From the NCBI GenBank assembly GCA_965651815.1, contig CBFGTJ010000001.1, positions 14,036 through 78,035 of the forward strand: a DNA stretch of 64,000 nucleotides, read 5' to 3'. Each line of letters begins with the position of its first letter. The first letter of the stretch is position 1. The position numbers and the translations under genes are program-made. The notes under the pieces are model-generated. The model was not told where the DNA came from and did not search any database. It was given only the letters and a program-made list of their open reading frames with translations. Shown piece by piece: positions 32,502 through 41,727 of this stretch. This stretch comes from an uncultured Microthrixaceae bacterium. Lineage in GTDB: Bacteria; Actinomycetota; Acidimicrobiia; Acidimicrobiales; Microtrichaceae.

Positions 32502-32960
32502 TCAGCGCGCCGCGTCGGTGACGAGCGTCGCCAGCGCCCGGAGGTTGCGGCGCCAGATCCGCCGCAGCACCGGCCGCGCGACCAGCACCCCCAGCGGACC
32601 GCCCAGCCACCACGGGAACCGGAGGCGCTCGGACCACTCGAAGCGCGTGCGCCCCGCGCCACGGCGGCCACGGCCCGGGCGCAGCGTGAAGGTGCCCGAG
32701 CCGGTCACGAGCCCGACGTGGCGGACCCCCATCCGCCGTGGCGGGTCCCAGGCCGTGATCTCCATCCGGTCGACGGTGCGCAGGGGCCCGATCCGGGTCT
32801 CGCAGTCGAAGGTGGTGCCGACCCCCGAGGTGCGCTCCGAGGTGATCTCGATCGCGCGCGCGTCGTGCATCCAGCGGACGTGCGAGGTGACGTCCTCGAG
32901 CTCCCGCCACACGACCTCGGGTGGGGCGTCGAGCACGGTGCGGACCCGCAGGCGAGGCAT
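32502..32960 (-). CDS. SRPBCC (polyketide cyclase/dehydrase-like) family protein
   Basis: 152 aa from ATG 32960. The N-terminus VRTVLDAPPEVVWRELEDV is typical of SRPBCC. The rest of the 772-aa ORF is shadow. Confidence 0.7.
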   Translation of the reverse strand: MPRLRVRTVLDAPPEVVWRELEDVTSHVRWMHDARAIEITSERTSGVGTTFDCETRIGPLRTVDRMEITAWDPPRRMGVRHVGLVTGSGTFTLRPGRGRRGAGRTRFEWSERLRFPWWLGGPLGVLVARPVLRRIWRRNLRALATLVTDAAR

Positions 32961-32966
32961 CGGGAC

Positions 32967-32972
32967 AACGTA
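32967..32972 (-). promoter_or_regulatory. -10-like hexamer TACGTT (minus strand) positioned for leaderless SRPBCC gene
   Basis: It lies 6 nt upstream of ATG 32960. Confidence 0.35.
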
Positions 32973-33023
32973 GCGGTGGGCGGCGTTGGCCACGACGGGG
33001 CGCGATCGGCAACCGTGTCGGGC

Positions 33024-33905
33024 ATGGACATCGAGCCCGGTGACATCCTCCGTGACACCACCCCCCACCCCGTCCCCGGCGTCGACGGCCGCTACGTGGC
33101 CGTGATCCCGGAGGCCTGGCGGGTCTTCTACGCGTTCGGTGGGGCGACGATGGCCACGGCGCTGCGCGCCGCGGTGGCGGAGGTCGCCCGGCCCGAGCTC
33201 TCGCTGCGCACGGCGGACGCGACCTTCTGCCAGGCGGTGCCGTGCGGTCCCGTGGCGCTGCAGGTCGAGGTGCTCCGCCAGGGCCGCACCGCCGCGCAGG
33301 CGCTGGTGCGGCTGTGGGCGATCGAGCACGAGGACGACGCGGCGGGCCCGGTCGGCAACGACCTCGTCGTCACCTGCGTCCTGGGGGAGGGCCGGGAGGA
33401 CAGCCCCTACCGCTTCGTCGGCGCCCGGTTCCCCGAGGTGCCCGGACCCGAGGAGAGCGTGCCCCGCGCCGAGGCGGACGACAGCCCCTTCGCCCGCATC
33501 CCGTACCACCACCAGACCGAGTTCCGGCTCACCGACCCGTACCTGCGCCGCCCGGACGCGCCTCCCGGCGAGCCGCGGGCCTCGTCGTGGTTCCGCTTCA
33601 GGGTGCCGCCGCTGCGGGAGGACGGCACGTGGGAGCCGGCGACCCTCGCGCTGCCGGGGGACATCCTCGGCTCGGCGGTGCACGCCGGCACCGGCGGCGG
33701 GGTCGGGTTCTTCCTCGTCATCTCCCTGCAGATCAGCCTCCACCTGCTCGCCGACACGCGAGCGGACTGGCTGCTGCAGCACACCGTCGCCCACCACGCG
33801 GGGGACGGGTACGCGTCGGGCACCGCCGAGCTGTGGGAGCCCGACGGGCGCCTGGTCGCGGTGGCGACCCAGTGCGCCAAGCTCCAGCCGCTCGACCCGG
33901 GCTGA
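33024..33905 (+). CDS. acyl-CoA thioesterase-like (double hot-dog, TesB-like) protein
   Basis: 293 aa. Length and motif pattern (FGGATMATALRAA ... ISLQISLHLL ... GYASGTAELWEPDGRLVA) fit thioesterase II-like proteins. This assignment is from memory only. Confidence 0.55.
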   Translation: MDIEPGDILRDTTPHPVPGVDGRYVAVIPEAWRVFYAFGGATMATALRAAVAEVARPELSLRTADATFCQAVPCGPVALQVEVLRQGRTAAQALVRLWAIEHEDDAAGPVGNDLVVTCVLGEGREDSPYRFVGARFPEVPGPEESVPRAEADDSPFARIPYHHQTEFRLTDPYLRRPDAPPGEPRASSWFRFRVPPLREDGTWEPATLALPGDILGSAVHAGTGGGVGFFLVISLQISLHLLADTRADWLLQHTVAHHAGDGYASGTAELWEPDGRLVAVATQCAKLQPLDPG

Positions 33906-33910
33906 GCCCG

Positions 33911-34675
33911 TCAGCCGCCCGGGCGCCGGTAGCGGCTCACGTGGGTCGCCCCGTGCGGGTCGAACGGGGCACCCTTCCAGTCGGCGTGCCGCGCGGCGAG
34001 CTCGAGCCCGGCCGCGGCCGCGAGCCGGTCGAGGTCCGCGGGCGGCGCGACGCGCAGCCGCCACGGCCGGAGGCGCACGGGCTCGCCGTCGACCAGCTCG
34101 ACGTGCTGGCCGACGACCACCCCGGTCGACGGGTCCGCGTCGGTGGCGATCAGCACGACCCGCGACGCGGTGACCTCCCGGACCTCGAGCCGGCGGTCCC
34201 GCTCGGGGAGCGGCGCGGGCACGAACGCCTCGACGACCAGGGTGCCACCCGGTGCGAGCACCCCGGCCGCCGCGTCGAAGCAGCGGGCCTGGTCCTGCTC
34301 CGACGGCAGGTTGAACACCAGGTTGAACGCCGCGACGACGACGTCGAACGGGCCCGCCGGCCACTGGTGGGGATCCCCGACGTCGCCGTGCACGACCTCG
34401 ACGGTGGCGTCCCCGCCACGCAGCTTCCCGCGGAGCCGCTCCAGCATCTCCTCCGACGCGTCCATGCCGGTCACCGGGTGGCCGGCCGCCGCGAGCGGCA
34501 GCGCCAGCCGGCCCGTGCCGACGCCGAGCTCGAGGATCCGGCCGCCGGGACCGGCGAGGTCCGAGAGCGCCGCGACCGCGGCGTCGGTCGCCTCGTCGCC
34601 CGGGTACCACTCGTCGTAGACGTCCGCGAAGCTGCGCCCGTAGGTACCCGCGTCGAAGCCCGAGCGATCCGGCAT
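33911..34675 (-). CDS. class I SAM-dependent methyltransferase
   Basis: 254 aa with motif I ILELGVGTGR and post-I GMDASEEML. Confidence 0.85.
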   Translation of the reverse strand: MPDRSGFDAGTYGRSFADVYDEWYPGDEATDAAVAALSDLAGPGGRILELGVGTGRLALPLAAAGHPVTGMDASEEMLERLRGKLRGGDATVEVVHGDVGDPHQWPAGPFDVVVAAFNLVFNLPSEQDQARCFDAAAGVLAPGGTLVVEAFVPAPLPERDRRLEVREVTASRVVLIATDADPSTGVVVGQHVELVDGEPVRLRPWRLRVAPPADLDRLAAAAGLELAARHADWKGAPFDPHGATHVSRYRRPGG

Positions 34676-34681
34676 GGGCGC

Positions 34682-34687
34682 AGTCTG
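34682..34687 (-). promoter_or_regulatory. -10-like hexamer CAGACT (minus strand) positioned for leaderless methyltransferase gene
   Basis: It lies 6 nt upstream of ATG 34675. This is a weak match (nAnnnT only). Confidence 0.25.
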
Positions 34688-34702
34688 CCAACCGGCGGGC
34701 AG

Positions 34703-34708
34703 TACATT
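34703..34708 (+). promoter_or_regulatory. -10-like hexamer TACATT positioned for leaderless first gene of the MoxR cluster
   Basis: It lies 8 nt upstream of GTG 34717. Confidence 0.4.
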
Positions 34709-34716
34709 CGCCGCTC

Positions 34717-35649
34717 GTGGACCTGCAAGCGCCCGTCGAGGGGCCCGGCGTCGCGGTTGCCCGGGGCGACGCGCCCTGGCCCCCTGCGGAGGGTCCGGAC
34801 GGGCCGTCGCCGTTCGACACGTTGCGGCCGTCCGGTCCCGGCGGCGTCCTCGACGACGCGTTCGTGCTGCTGCGGACCAGGTTCGGCAGGATCGTCGGCC
34901 TCGCCGCCTGCCTCTACGTCCCGATCCGCCTGCTCGACCTCGTCACGATGATCGCCACCGGCACCGCGGTCGAGCGGGTGCAGGTCGGGCCGTCGGTGAT
35001 GGCGTTCGGCGTGGGGACCGGGTGGAGCTGGGTCGTGCTGGGGCTGCAGTCGTTCGCCCTGTCGGTGCTGGGCATGTGCGTCGGGCACCTCGCGCTGCGC
35101 AACGCCACCGGCGGGGACGCGTCGTTCCGGGAGCTCGCACGCCTCGCGCTCCGGCGCGGGTGGGTCGCCGTGCTGGTCGTGCCGCTCGGCCTGCTCGTCA
35201 AGGCCCCGCTGTCGTGCGTGCCGCTCGGGTTCCTGTTCGGCGACGCGCTCGTGTTCCTCTCCTCGGTGGTCGCGGGCGCCGAGGGCCTGGGACCGGTGCG
35301 GGCGTGGCGGCGCGGGATGCAGCTCACCCGCCGCTCCTACGGGCCGATGCTGGTCGTCGCGTTCGGCGGGTTCGTCGTGTCGCAGGTGCTGCGGGTGTCC
35401 TTCTACACCGGGCCGGTCCTGCTCGCCGGGGCGCTGCTGGGCGACGACGCGCTGCTCGGGGTGATCTTCCAGGCGGGTGCCCTCGTGGTGCTGATCGCCG
35501 AGCCGCTCACCGCCTGCATCGCGGCACGCGCCTACCTCGAGGTGCGCTCGAGGACGGAGGGGCTCGACCTGCAGCGGAGGGTGCGCGAGCGGTACGGCAC
35601 CGCGCCGGTGACCGAGGTGGCGGCCCCGCCGGCGACGGTAGCTGCGTGA
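34717..35649 (+). CDS. polytopic membrane protein, first gene of MoxR/DUF58 cluster
   Basis: 310 aa with about 6 TM helices. Its stop overlaps the next start (GTGA). Confidence 0.7.
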   Translation: MDLQAPVEGPGVAVARGDAPWPPAEGPDGPSPFDTLRPSGPGGVLDDAFVLLRTRFGRIVGLAACLYVPIRLLDLVTMIATGTAVERVQVGPSVMAFGVGTGWSWVVLGLQSFALSVLGMCVGHLALRNATGGDASFRELARLALRRGWVAVLVVPLGLLVKAPLSCVPLGFLFGDALVFLSSVVAGAEGLGPVRAWRRGMQLTRRSYGPMLVVAFGGFVVSQVLRVSFYTGPVLLAGALLGDDALLGVIFQAGALVVLIAEPLTACIAARAYLEVRSRTEGLDLQRRVRERYGTAPVTEVAAPPATVAA

Positions 35650-36305
35650 GCGCCGCCGAGGTCCCCGTCGATCCGGACCAGGTCGGCGACCAGGTCCGCG
35701 AGGTCCTCTCGAGGCGGGAGTACCGCTACGAGAAGTCGATCGTCGACCGCATCGGGGAGTGGATCGCCGAACGGCTCGAGGACCTGTTCGGCGACCTCGC
35801 CCTGCCCGGTGGCACGTTCTCCGGCGGGGTGGGCTCGCTCATCGCGTGGCTCCTCATCGCGGTGGCCGTCGTCGCGGTCGTCGCGACGGTGGTGTACGTC
35901 GTGCGGCGCCGGGTGCGCCGGCCCGAACCCGACGAGGAGCCCGTGCTCGCGACCGAGGTCGAGCACCGCCACCCCGCGGACCACTGGCGCCGGCTCGCGG
36001 AGCGGCACGAGGCGGCGGGGGAGTGGAAGGACGCGCTCCGGTACCGCTACCGCGAGCTGGTCCGCACCCTCGTCGACCGCGGCAGCCTCCCCGACCTGGC
36101 CGGGCTGACCACCGGCGAGCTGCGCGCCGAGCTGCACGGTCGGTGCCCCGCCGCCGACGACGCGTTCGACGCGGCCACCCGCCTGTTCGAGCAGCCCTGG
36201 TACGCCGGCGCGCCGACCGGGCGGGAGGAGAACGCCCGGTTCCGCGAGCTGGCGGGCCGGGTCCTCGAGCTCACGAGCCACCCACGGGGGGAGGTGGCCG
36301 CGTGA
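35646..36305 (+). CDS. DUF4129-like membrane-anchored protein
   Basis: 219 aa with a central TM helix. The C-terminal helical segment WRRLAERHEAAGEWKDALRYRYRELVRTLVDRGSLP...TTGELR matches the DUF4129 pattern. Confidence 0.7.
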   Translation: MSAAEVPVDPDQVGDQVREVLSRREYRYEKSIVDRIGEWIAERLEDLFGDLALPGGTFSGGVGSLIAWLLIAVAVVAVVATVVYVVRRRVRRPEPDEEPVLATEVEHRHPADHWRRLAERHEAAGEWKDALRYRYRELVRTLVDRGSLPDLAGLTTGELRAELHGRCPAADDAFDAATRLFEQPWYAGAPTGREENARFRELAGRVLELTSHPRGEVAA

Positions 36306-37465
36306 GGGGAGGGCGCGCCGCCGTCGTCCTCGCCGCCGTGGTGGCGGTGGTGCTCCTCGTGGTGCTCACCGCCCGCGCGGTGCCGGACCCGCCGTACGAC
36401 CCGGACTCCCCGGCGCCCCTCGGCTACGGGGCGCTGAGCGAGCTGGTGGAGCGCAACGGCGGCACCCTCTCGACGGCGGCGCCGTCGGAGCTGCGCACCG
36501 GCGACGGCGGGATCCCCGACTCGATCCTGGCGGCACTGCCGTCCCGGCTCTCCGAGGCCGATCAGGAGGTGCTGCGGGGTCTCGCGGCCAGGGGTGCGAC
36601 CGTCGTGCTCGGGACCCCCGACTCGGCGCCGGACCCGCTCCAGTTCGGCGTCCTGGGCGACCGCGAGCTGGCCGACACGGAGGCCCGGCCGGTGCCGCCG
36701 GGCGCGTGCACGATCGACGAGCTCGCGGACCTCGGGGACATCGACGTGGCGTTCGCGTTCGAGCAGTACGTGCCGCCCGGCGCCCGGAGCTGCTACGGCA
36801 CCCCGGACCACGCGTTCGTCGTCGCGGAGGCGGTCGGCGAGGGGCGGATCGTCACGCTCGCCGACCCGGTCCTGTGGTCCAACGCCCGCCTGCAGCCGGC
36901 GAAGGAGCTCGGCGGCCAACCGCTCGACAACGCCGCGATGGCGTTGCGCCTGCTGCTGCCGCGCGACGGGGCCGAGGTCGTCGTGGTCGGGACGACGGCC
37001 AGCCCGGGGAGCTCGGTCACCGGCGTGCGCGACCCCGTGGAGCTGCTGCCGCTCCCGGTGAAGCTCGCGCTGCTCCAGGGGGCCGTCGCGGTGCTCCTGT
37101 GGCTGTGGTGGCGGGGTCGCCGCCTGGGCCGCCCCGTCACCGAGCCGCTGCCGGTGCGGATCTCCGCGTCCGAGCTCGTCGAGGCCGTCGGCGACCTGCA
37201 CCGCCGCCGCGGCAGCGCCGCCCGGGCCGCGGCCACGATGCGCGCCGACCTGCGACGGGAGCTCTCGACCCGGCTCGGCATCCCGCCCGGTGCACCCGTC
37301 GAGGTGCTCGTGGAGCGCGTCGCGTCGGCCGCCGGCCGCCCCGACGACGAGGTCCGCTCCCTGCTGTCCGACCCGTCGCCGCCGCGCCGCGAGGACCTCG
37401 CCGCGCTGGCCGCCCAGCTCGACTCGATCCGCCAGGAGGTGCTCGATGACCAGCCCGTCCGATGA
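36302..37465 (+). CDS. DUF4350-like protein (N- and C-terminal TM anchors)
   Basis: 387 aa. GTG 36302 overlaps the upstream stop (GTGA). The family assignment rests on gene context and architecture, not on a strong motif. Confidence 0.6.
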   Translation: MRGGRAAVVLAAVVAVVLLVVLTARAVPDPPYDPDSPAPLGYGALSELVERNGGTLSTAAPSELRTGDGGIPDSILAALPSRLSEADQEVLRGLAARGATVVLGTPDSAPDPLQFGVLGDRELADTEARPVPPGACTIDELADLGDIDVAFAFEQYVPPGARSCYGTPDHAFVVAEAVGEGRIVTLADPVLWSNARLQPAKELGGQPLDNAAMALRLLLPRDGAEVVVVGTTASPGSSVTGVRDPVELLPLPVKLALLQGAVAVLLWLWWRGRRLGRPVTEPLPVRISASELVEAVGDLHRRRGSAARAAATMRADLRRELSTRLGIPPGAPVEVLVERVASAAGRPDDEVRSLLSDPSPPRREDLAALAAQLDSIRQEVLDDQPVR

Positions 37466-38453
37466 GCCGACCCCACCGCCGTTCGCCGGCGACGTCGCCC
37501 GCTCCCCGAGGGAGGCGGTGCACGCGCTGCGCGACGAGGTCGGCAAGGTCGTGGTGGGCCAGGAGGGCACCCTCTCCGGCCTGGTCGCGGCGCTGCTCGT
37601 GGGCGGCCACGTGCTGCTCGAGGGGGTGCCCGGGGTCGCCAAGACGCTGTTGGTCAAGGCGCTCGCCCACTCGCTCGCGCTCGACTTCGCACGGGTGCAG
37701 TTCACCCCCGACCTCATGCCCTCCGACGTCACCGGGCAGCTCGTGCTCGACCCGTCGGGCGACGGGCGCACGTTCAGGTTCCGCGAGGGCCCGATCTTCA
37801 CGAACCTCTTCCTCGCGGACGAGATCAACCGGACCCCGCCGAAGACCCAGTCCGCCCTGCTCGAGGCGATGGAGGAGCGGCAGGTCACCGCGGAGGGCGT
37901 GGCACGGCCGCTGCCGGAGCCGTTCCTCGTGATCGCGACCGAGAACCCCGTCGAGCAGGAGGGGACCTACCCGCTGCCCGAGGCGCAGCTCGACCGGTTC
38001 ATGTTCAAGCTGCTCGTCGGCTACCCGACCGAGGAGCAGGAGCGCGAGGTGCTCGCCCGCCACCACCGCGGGCTCGACCCCCACGACCTCACCGCCGCGG
38101 GGGTGCGCCCGGTGGCGACCGCGGCCGACCTCGCGGCCGCGCGGGCCGAGGTCGCGGCCGTGCACGTCGAACCCGCGGTCATCGACTACGTCGTCGCGCT
38201 GTGCCGCGCGACGCGGACCTCGCCGTCGGTCGAGCTCGGGGTGTCGCCGCGCGGCGCGGCCGCCCTGCTCCACGCGGCGAAGGCGTGGGCGTGGCTGTCC
38301 AACCGCAGCTTCGTCACCCCCGACGAGGTCAAGGCGGTGGTGCGACCGACCCTGCGGCACCGCATGATCGTCCGTCCCGAGCTCGAGCTGGACGGGGTGA
38401 CCGCCGACGGGCTGCTCGACGGGATCCTCGCGACGGTGCCCGCTCCGAGATGA
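37446..38453 (+). CDS. MoxR-family AAA+ ATPase
   Basis: 335 aa with Walker [12 protein letters not shown], Walker [10 protein letters not shown] and the MoxR-typical [12 protein letters not shown]. Confidence 0.92.
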   Translation: MTSPSDEPTPPPFAGDVARSPREAVHALRDEVGKVVVGQEGTLSGLVAALLVGGHVLLEGVPGVAKTLLVKALAHSLALDFARVQFTPDLMPSDVTGQLVLDPSGDGRTFRFREGPIFTNLFLADEINRTPPKTQSALLEAMEERQVTAEGVARPLPEPFLVIATENPVEQEGTYPLPEAQLDRFMFKLLVGYPTEEQEREVLARHHRGLDPHDLTAAGVRPVATAADLAAARAEVAAVHVEPAVIDYVVALCRATRTSPSVELGVSPRGAAALLHAAKAWAWLSNRSFVTPDEVKAVVRPTLRHRMIVRPELELDGVTADGLLDGILATVPAPR

Positions 38454-39784
38454 GCATCCAGCCCACGCGGCGGGCCGCGGTGGTCGGGCTCGTGCTGGCG
38501 GCGGCGCTGCTGCTGTACCCCGGCGAGGACGTGCCGGTGGTGCCCAGCGTCGCCGTGCTCGCGGCGGTGCTGCTGGCGGTCGTGCTCGTGGACGGCGCGA
38601 CCGGCACCTCGCCCGCACAGGTGGTCGTGGCGCGGCGGCACCCGCCCGTGCTGGTCGTTGGTCAGCGGGCGACCCTCACCTGGGAGGTGCGCTCCACCGC
38701 ACGGCGCCGGCTGCGGATCGAGGCGGGGGACCGGCTCGCCCCGTCGCTGCGCGCCGAGTCGAGGCGGCTCGCGGTCACCGTCGAGCCCGGCGACCTGGTG
38801 CGGGTCTCGACCACGATCCGGCCGCTGCGTCGGGGACGCTTCGAGCCCGACCGGCTGACCCTGCGCATCCACGGGCGCCTCGGGCTCGGCAGCCGCCAGC
38901 GGGACGTGCCCCTGTCGACCGTGCTGCGCGTCCACCCCGTGTTCCGGTCGCGGGCGGAGGCCGAGCTGCAGATCCGCCGGGCCCGGGTGATGGAGCTGGG
39001 GCTGCGCTCCGCGAGGGGCTTCGGGGGCGGCACCGAGTTCGAGCAGTTGCGCGAGTACGGGCCCGACGACGAGTTCCGCCACATCGACTGGATCGCGACC
39101 GCCCGGGCGGGACGCACGATCGTGCGGACCTACCGGGCGGAGCGCAACCAGACCGTGCTGGTGCTGCTCGACAACGGGCGCACGATGGCGGCCCGGGTCG
39201 ACGGCGTGCCCCGTGTCGAGCACGCGATGGACGCGGCGATGGCGCTGACCGCGGTCGCGACGGGCCTCGGCGACCGGTGCGGGCTCGTCGCGTTCGACCG
39301 CGGGGTGCGCGCGGTGGTGCCACCCGCGCGGCGCCCCGACCAGCTGGGCCGGGTCACCGACGCCATGTACGCCCTCGAGCCCGAGCTGTGGGAGTCCGAC
39401 CACTCGGGAGCGTTCGCCGAGGTGGTGGCGAGGTTCCGGCGTCGGGCGATGATCGTGCTCCTCACCGACCTGGTCGACGGCGCGGTGGAGAGCTCCCTGC
39501 TGCCGGCGCTGCCGCTGCTCGTGCGCACCCACCTCGTGGTCGTCGCGAGCGTGCGCGACCCGGCGGTCGAGGGCTGGGCCGCCGGGCACGGTCCCCACGA
39601 CGACCTCGACCCCGAGGCCGCCGCGTACCGCCGCGCCGCCGCGATCGGGGCGCTCGAGCAGCGCCGCCGCACCGCCGCCCGCCACCGCGGCGGCGGTGCG
39701 ACCGTGATCGACGCGGCGCCGCGCGCGCTCGCCCGGGATCTCGCGGACGCCTACCTCGACGCGAGGAACACCGGACGGCTCTAG
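38450..39784 (+). CDS. DUF58 (VWA-like) protein, MoxR partner
   Basis: 444 aa. The start overlaps the MoxR stop (ATGA). It has an N-terminal TM pair, and the motif [20 protein letters not shown] is typical of DUF58. Confidence 0.85.
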   Translation: MSIQPTRRAAVVGLVLAAALLLYPGEDVPVVPSVAVLAAVLLAVVLVDGATGTSPAQVVVARRHPPVLVVGQRATLTWEVRSTARRRLRIEAGDRLAPSLRAESRRLAVTVEPGDLVRVSTTIRPLRRGRFEPDRLTLRIHGRLGLGSRQRDVPLSTVLRVHPVFRSRAEAELQIRRARVMELGLRSARGFGGGTEFEQLREYGPDDEFRHIDWIATARAGRTIVRTYRAERNQTVLVLLDNGRTMAARVDGVPRVEHAMDAAMALTAVATGLGDRCGLVAFDRGVRAVVPPARRPDQLGRVTDAMYALEPELWESDHSGAFAEVVARFRRRAMIVLLTDLVDGAVESSLLPALPLLVRTHLVVVASVRDPAVEGWAAGHGPHDDLDPEAAAYRRAAAIGALEQRRRTAARHRGGGATVIDAAPRALARDLADAYLDARNTGRL

Positions 39785-40824
39785 CCGCGCAGCACGGGGG
39801 CCGACGCAGCGTCGTGGATCACCCGGTCCAGCTCGTTGCGACGCCGCTCGTCGAGGAGCCCGGTGAGCCCGAGCCGCTCCGCCCGGCTGCCGAGCAGCAC
39901 GACGTACACGACGAAGGTCGCGAGGACCGCGACGCCCACGGCGATCCGCAGCGCCGTCGGGAGGCCCGACGGGGTCACGAAGCCCTCGACGAACCCGGCG
40001 ACGACGAAGCAGAGGGCGAGCCCCGTCACGATCACCACCGAGCGGAGGCCCTCGTCGCGCAGGGCGTCCCGGCGGGTGCGGTCGCCGGGCGCGACGATGG
40101 CCCAGGACAGCCGGAGCCCTGCGGCGCCGGCGACGAGGATCGCGCTGATCTCGAGCAGGCCGTGCGGGAGGATCAGGCCCCAGAACTGCGGGCCCTCGCC
40201 GGCACGGTGCATCACGGCCGCCATCACCCCCACGTGCATCCCGTTGTTCGCGAGGACCAGCCCCGGTCCGACGACCGCGACCACCCCCAGCGCGAACGCG
40301 AGGAACGCGACCTGGATGTTGTTGATCGTGACCTGGCCGGCGAAGTTCTGCGCCGCGTCGGAGCTGTAGTACGCCGCGAACTCCTCCTCGGCGATGAGCT
40401 GCTGCAGCTCGGGCGGCACGGCCGCGTCGAGCGCGCTCGGTGAGCCGGCGAGCCAGGTGCCGAAGCCGATCGCCGGCACGAAGAAGCACGCGAACGCCAC
40501 GGCGACGAAGCGCCGCGAGTGCCAGACCGCGGCGGGGAACGTCTCGACGAAGAAGCGGCCGACCGCCGCGGCCGCCGAGCTGCGGCGACGGTAGATGACC
40601 ACCCTCGCCTCGCCCAGGATGCGGGACAGGCGCGCGTTCAGCCCCGGGTCCCGGTACTGGCCGCGCGCGTGCGCGAGGTGCGACGACACCTCCTGGTAGA
40701 GGTGCACCAGCTCGTCGAGCTCGTCGTCGTCCAGCCGGCCGACGGACCTCGACGCCTCCCGGGCGAGGTGCTCGAGGCGCCGCCACACCGGGTCGTTGCG
40801 CTGGATGTACCGGTCGATGTCCAT
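39781..40824 (-). CDS. SpoIIM-like (DUF95) integral membrane protein
   Basis: 347 aa from ATG 40824 (MDIDRYIQRNDPVWRRLE...). It has a helical N-terminal domain plus about 6 TM helices, and PHGLLEISAILVAGAAG is typical of the family. Confidence 0.75.
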   Translation of the reverse strand: MDIDRYIQRNDPVWRRLEHLAREASRSVGRLDDDELDELVHLYQEVSSHLAHARGQYRDPGLNARLSRILGEARVVIYRRRSSAAAAVGRFFVETFPAAVWHSRRFVAVAFACFFVPAIGFGTWLAGSPSALDAAVPPELQQLIAEEEFAAYYSSDAAQNFAGQVTINNIQVAFLAFALGVVAVVGPGLVLANNGMHVGVMAAVMHRAGEGPQFWGLILPHGLLEISAILVAGAAGLRLSWAIVAPGDRTRRDALRDEGLRSVVIVTGLALCFVVAGFVEGFVTPSGLPTALRIAVGVAVLATFVVYVVLLGSRAERLGLTGLLDERRRNELDRVIHDAASAPVLRG

Positions 40825-40832
40825 CTGGGGCG

Positions 40833-40838
40833 TACGGT
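40833..40838 (+). promoter_or_regulatory. -10-like hexamer TACGGT positioned for leaderless RDD gene
   Basis: It lies 8 nt upstream of GTG 40847 and is part of the palindrome CGTACGGTACG (40831-40841). Confidence 0.4.
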
Positions 40839-40839
40839 A
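40834..40839 (-). promoter_or_regulatory. -10-like hexamer TACCGT (minus strand) positioned for leaderless SpoIIM-like gene
   Basis: It lies 9 nt upstream of ATG 40824 and overlaps the plus-strand hexamer by 5 nt. Confidence 0.4.
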
Positions 40840-40846
40840 CGGCGTC

Positions 40847-41683
40847 GTGCACGTCGGGGTGGTCACTCCCGAGGCGGTCCTGCTCGAACTGCCCACGGCG
40901 GGGGTCGCGACCCGCGCCTTCGCGCGGCTGGTGGACCTGGGCGTCCAGATGCTCCTCCTCGCGCTGCTCGGGACGGTCGTCGCGTTCCTGCCGCCCGTCG
41001 GCATCAGCCCGGTGCTGGTCGTGATGGCGATCGGGTTCACGGTGCTGCTCGTCTGGCCGATCGGCATCGAGATCCTCTGGCGCGGTCGCAGCCCCGGGAA
41101 GTACGCGTTCGGCTTGCGCGTCGTCGGTGCGGACGGGGCCCCGGAGACCCCACGGCAGGCGGTGGTGCGGGGGCTCGTCGCGCTGGTCGACCTCTACGCG
41201 TCCCTCGGCTTCCTCGCCGCGGTCGCCGCGATGGGCTCCGCGTCCTCGCAGCGCCCCGGCGACCTCGCGGCCGGCACGGTCGTGATCCGCCAGCGGCCGA
41301 CCTCGGTCGGGTCCGGTCCCATCGCGTTCCACCCGCCGCCGGGCTACGAGGGCTACGTCGCCACGCTCGACGTGAGCGCCCTCGACGACGAGGACTTCAC
41401 CCTCGTGCGGGAGTTCCTGCTGCGCGCCGGCGAGCTCGAGCCGGGAGCCCGGCACGCGCTGGCGCTCGAGCTCGCCGGCGCCGTGCTCGCCCGGACGGGC
41501 CACGTGCTGCCCGGGGTCATCGACCCGCAGACGTGGCTGGTGTGCGTCGCGTCCGCCTACCAGCTGCGCCAGGGCGGGTTGCTGGCCGACGCTCGGGCCG
41601 GGCTCGCGCCGCTCGCCCCGTTCCTCACCCCGCCCCCGCCGCCCGGTAGGCGCCCCACCCGCAGTCAGGGCGCGCGGAAGTAG
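40847..41683 (+). CDS. RDD-family membrane protein
   Basis: About 278 aa from GTG 40847. It has an RDD-type N-terminus (TRAFARLVDLGVQ), 3 TM helices and a soluble C-terminal domain. Confidence 0.7.
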   Translation: MHVGVVTPEAVLLELPTAGVATRAFARLVDLGVQMLLLALLGTVVAFLPPVGISPVLVVMAIGFTVLLVWPIGIEILWRGRSPGKYAFGLRVVGADGAPETPRQAVVRGLVALVDLYASLGFLAAVAAMGSASSQRPGDLAAGTVVIRQRPTSVGSGPIAFHPPPGYEGYVATLDVSALDDEDFTLVREFLLRAGELEPGARHALALELAGAVLARTGHVLPGVIDPQTWLVCVASAYQLRQGGLLADARAGLAPLAPFLTPPPPPGRRPTRSQGARK

Positions 41684-41727
41684 AACCGGTTGCAGTTCCG
41701 GGGGGTGCAGGCAACACTCGCCGGCGC

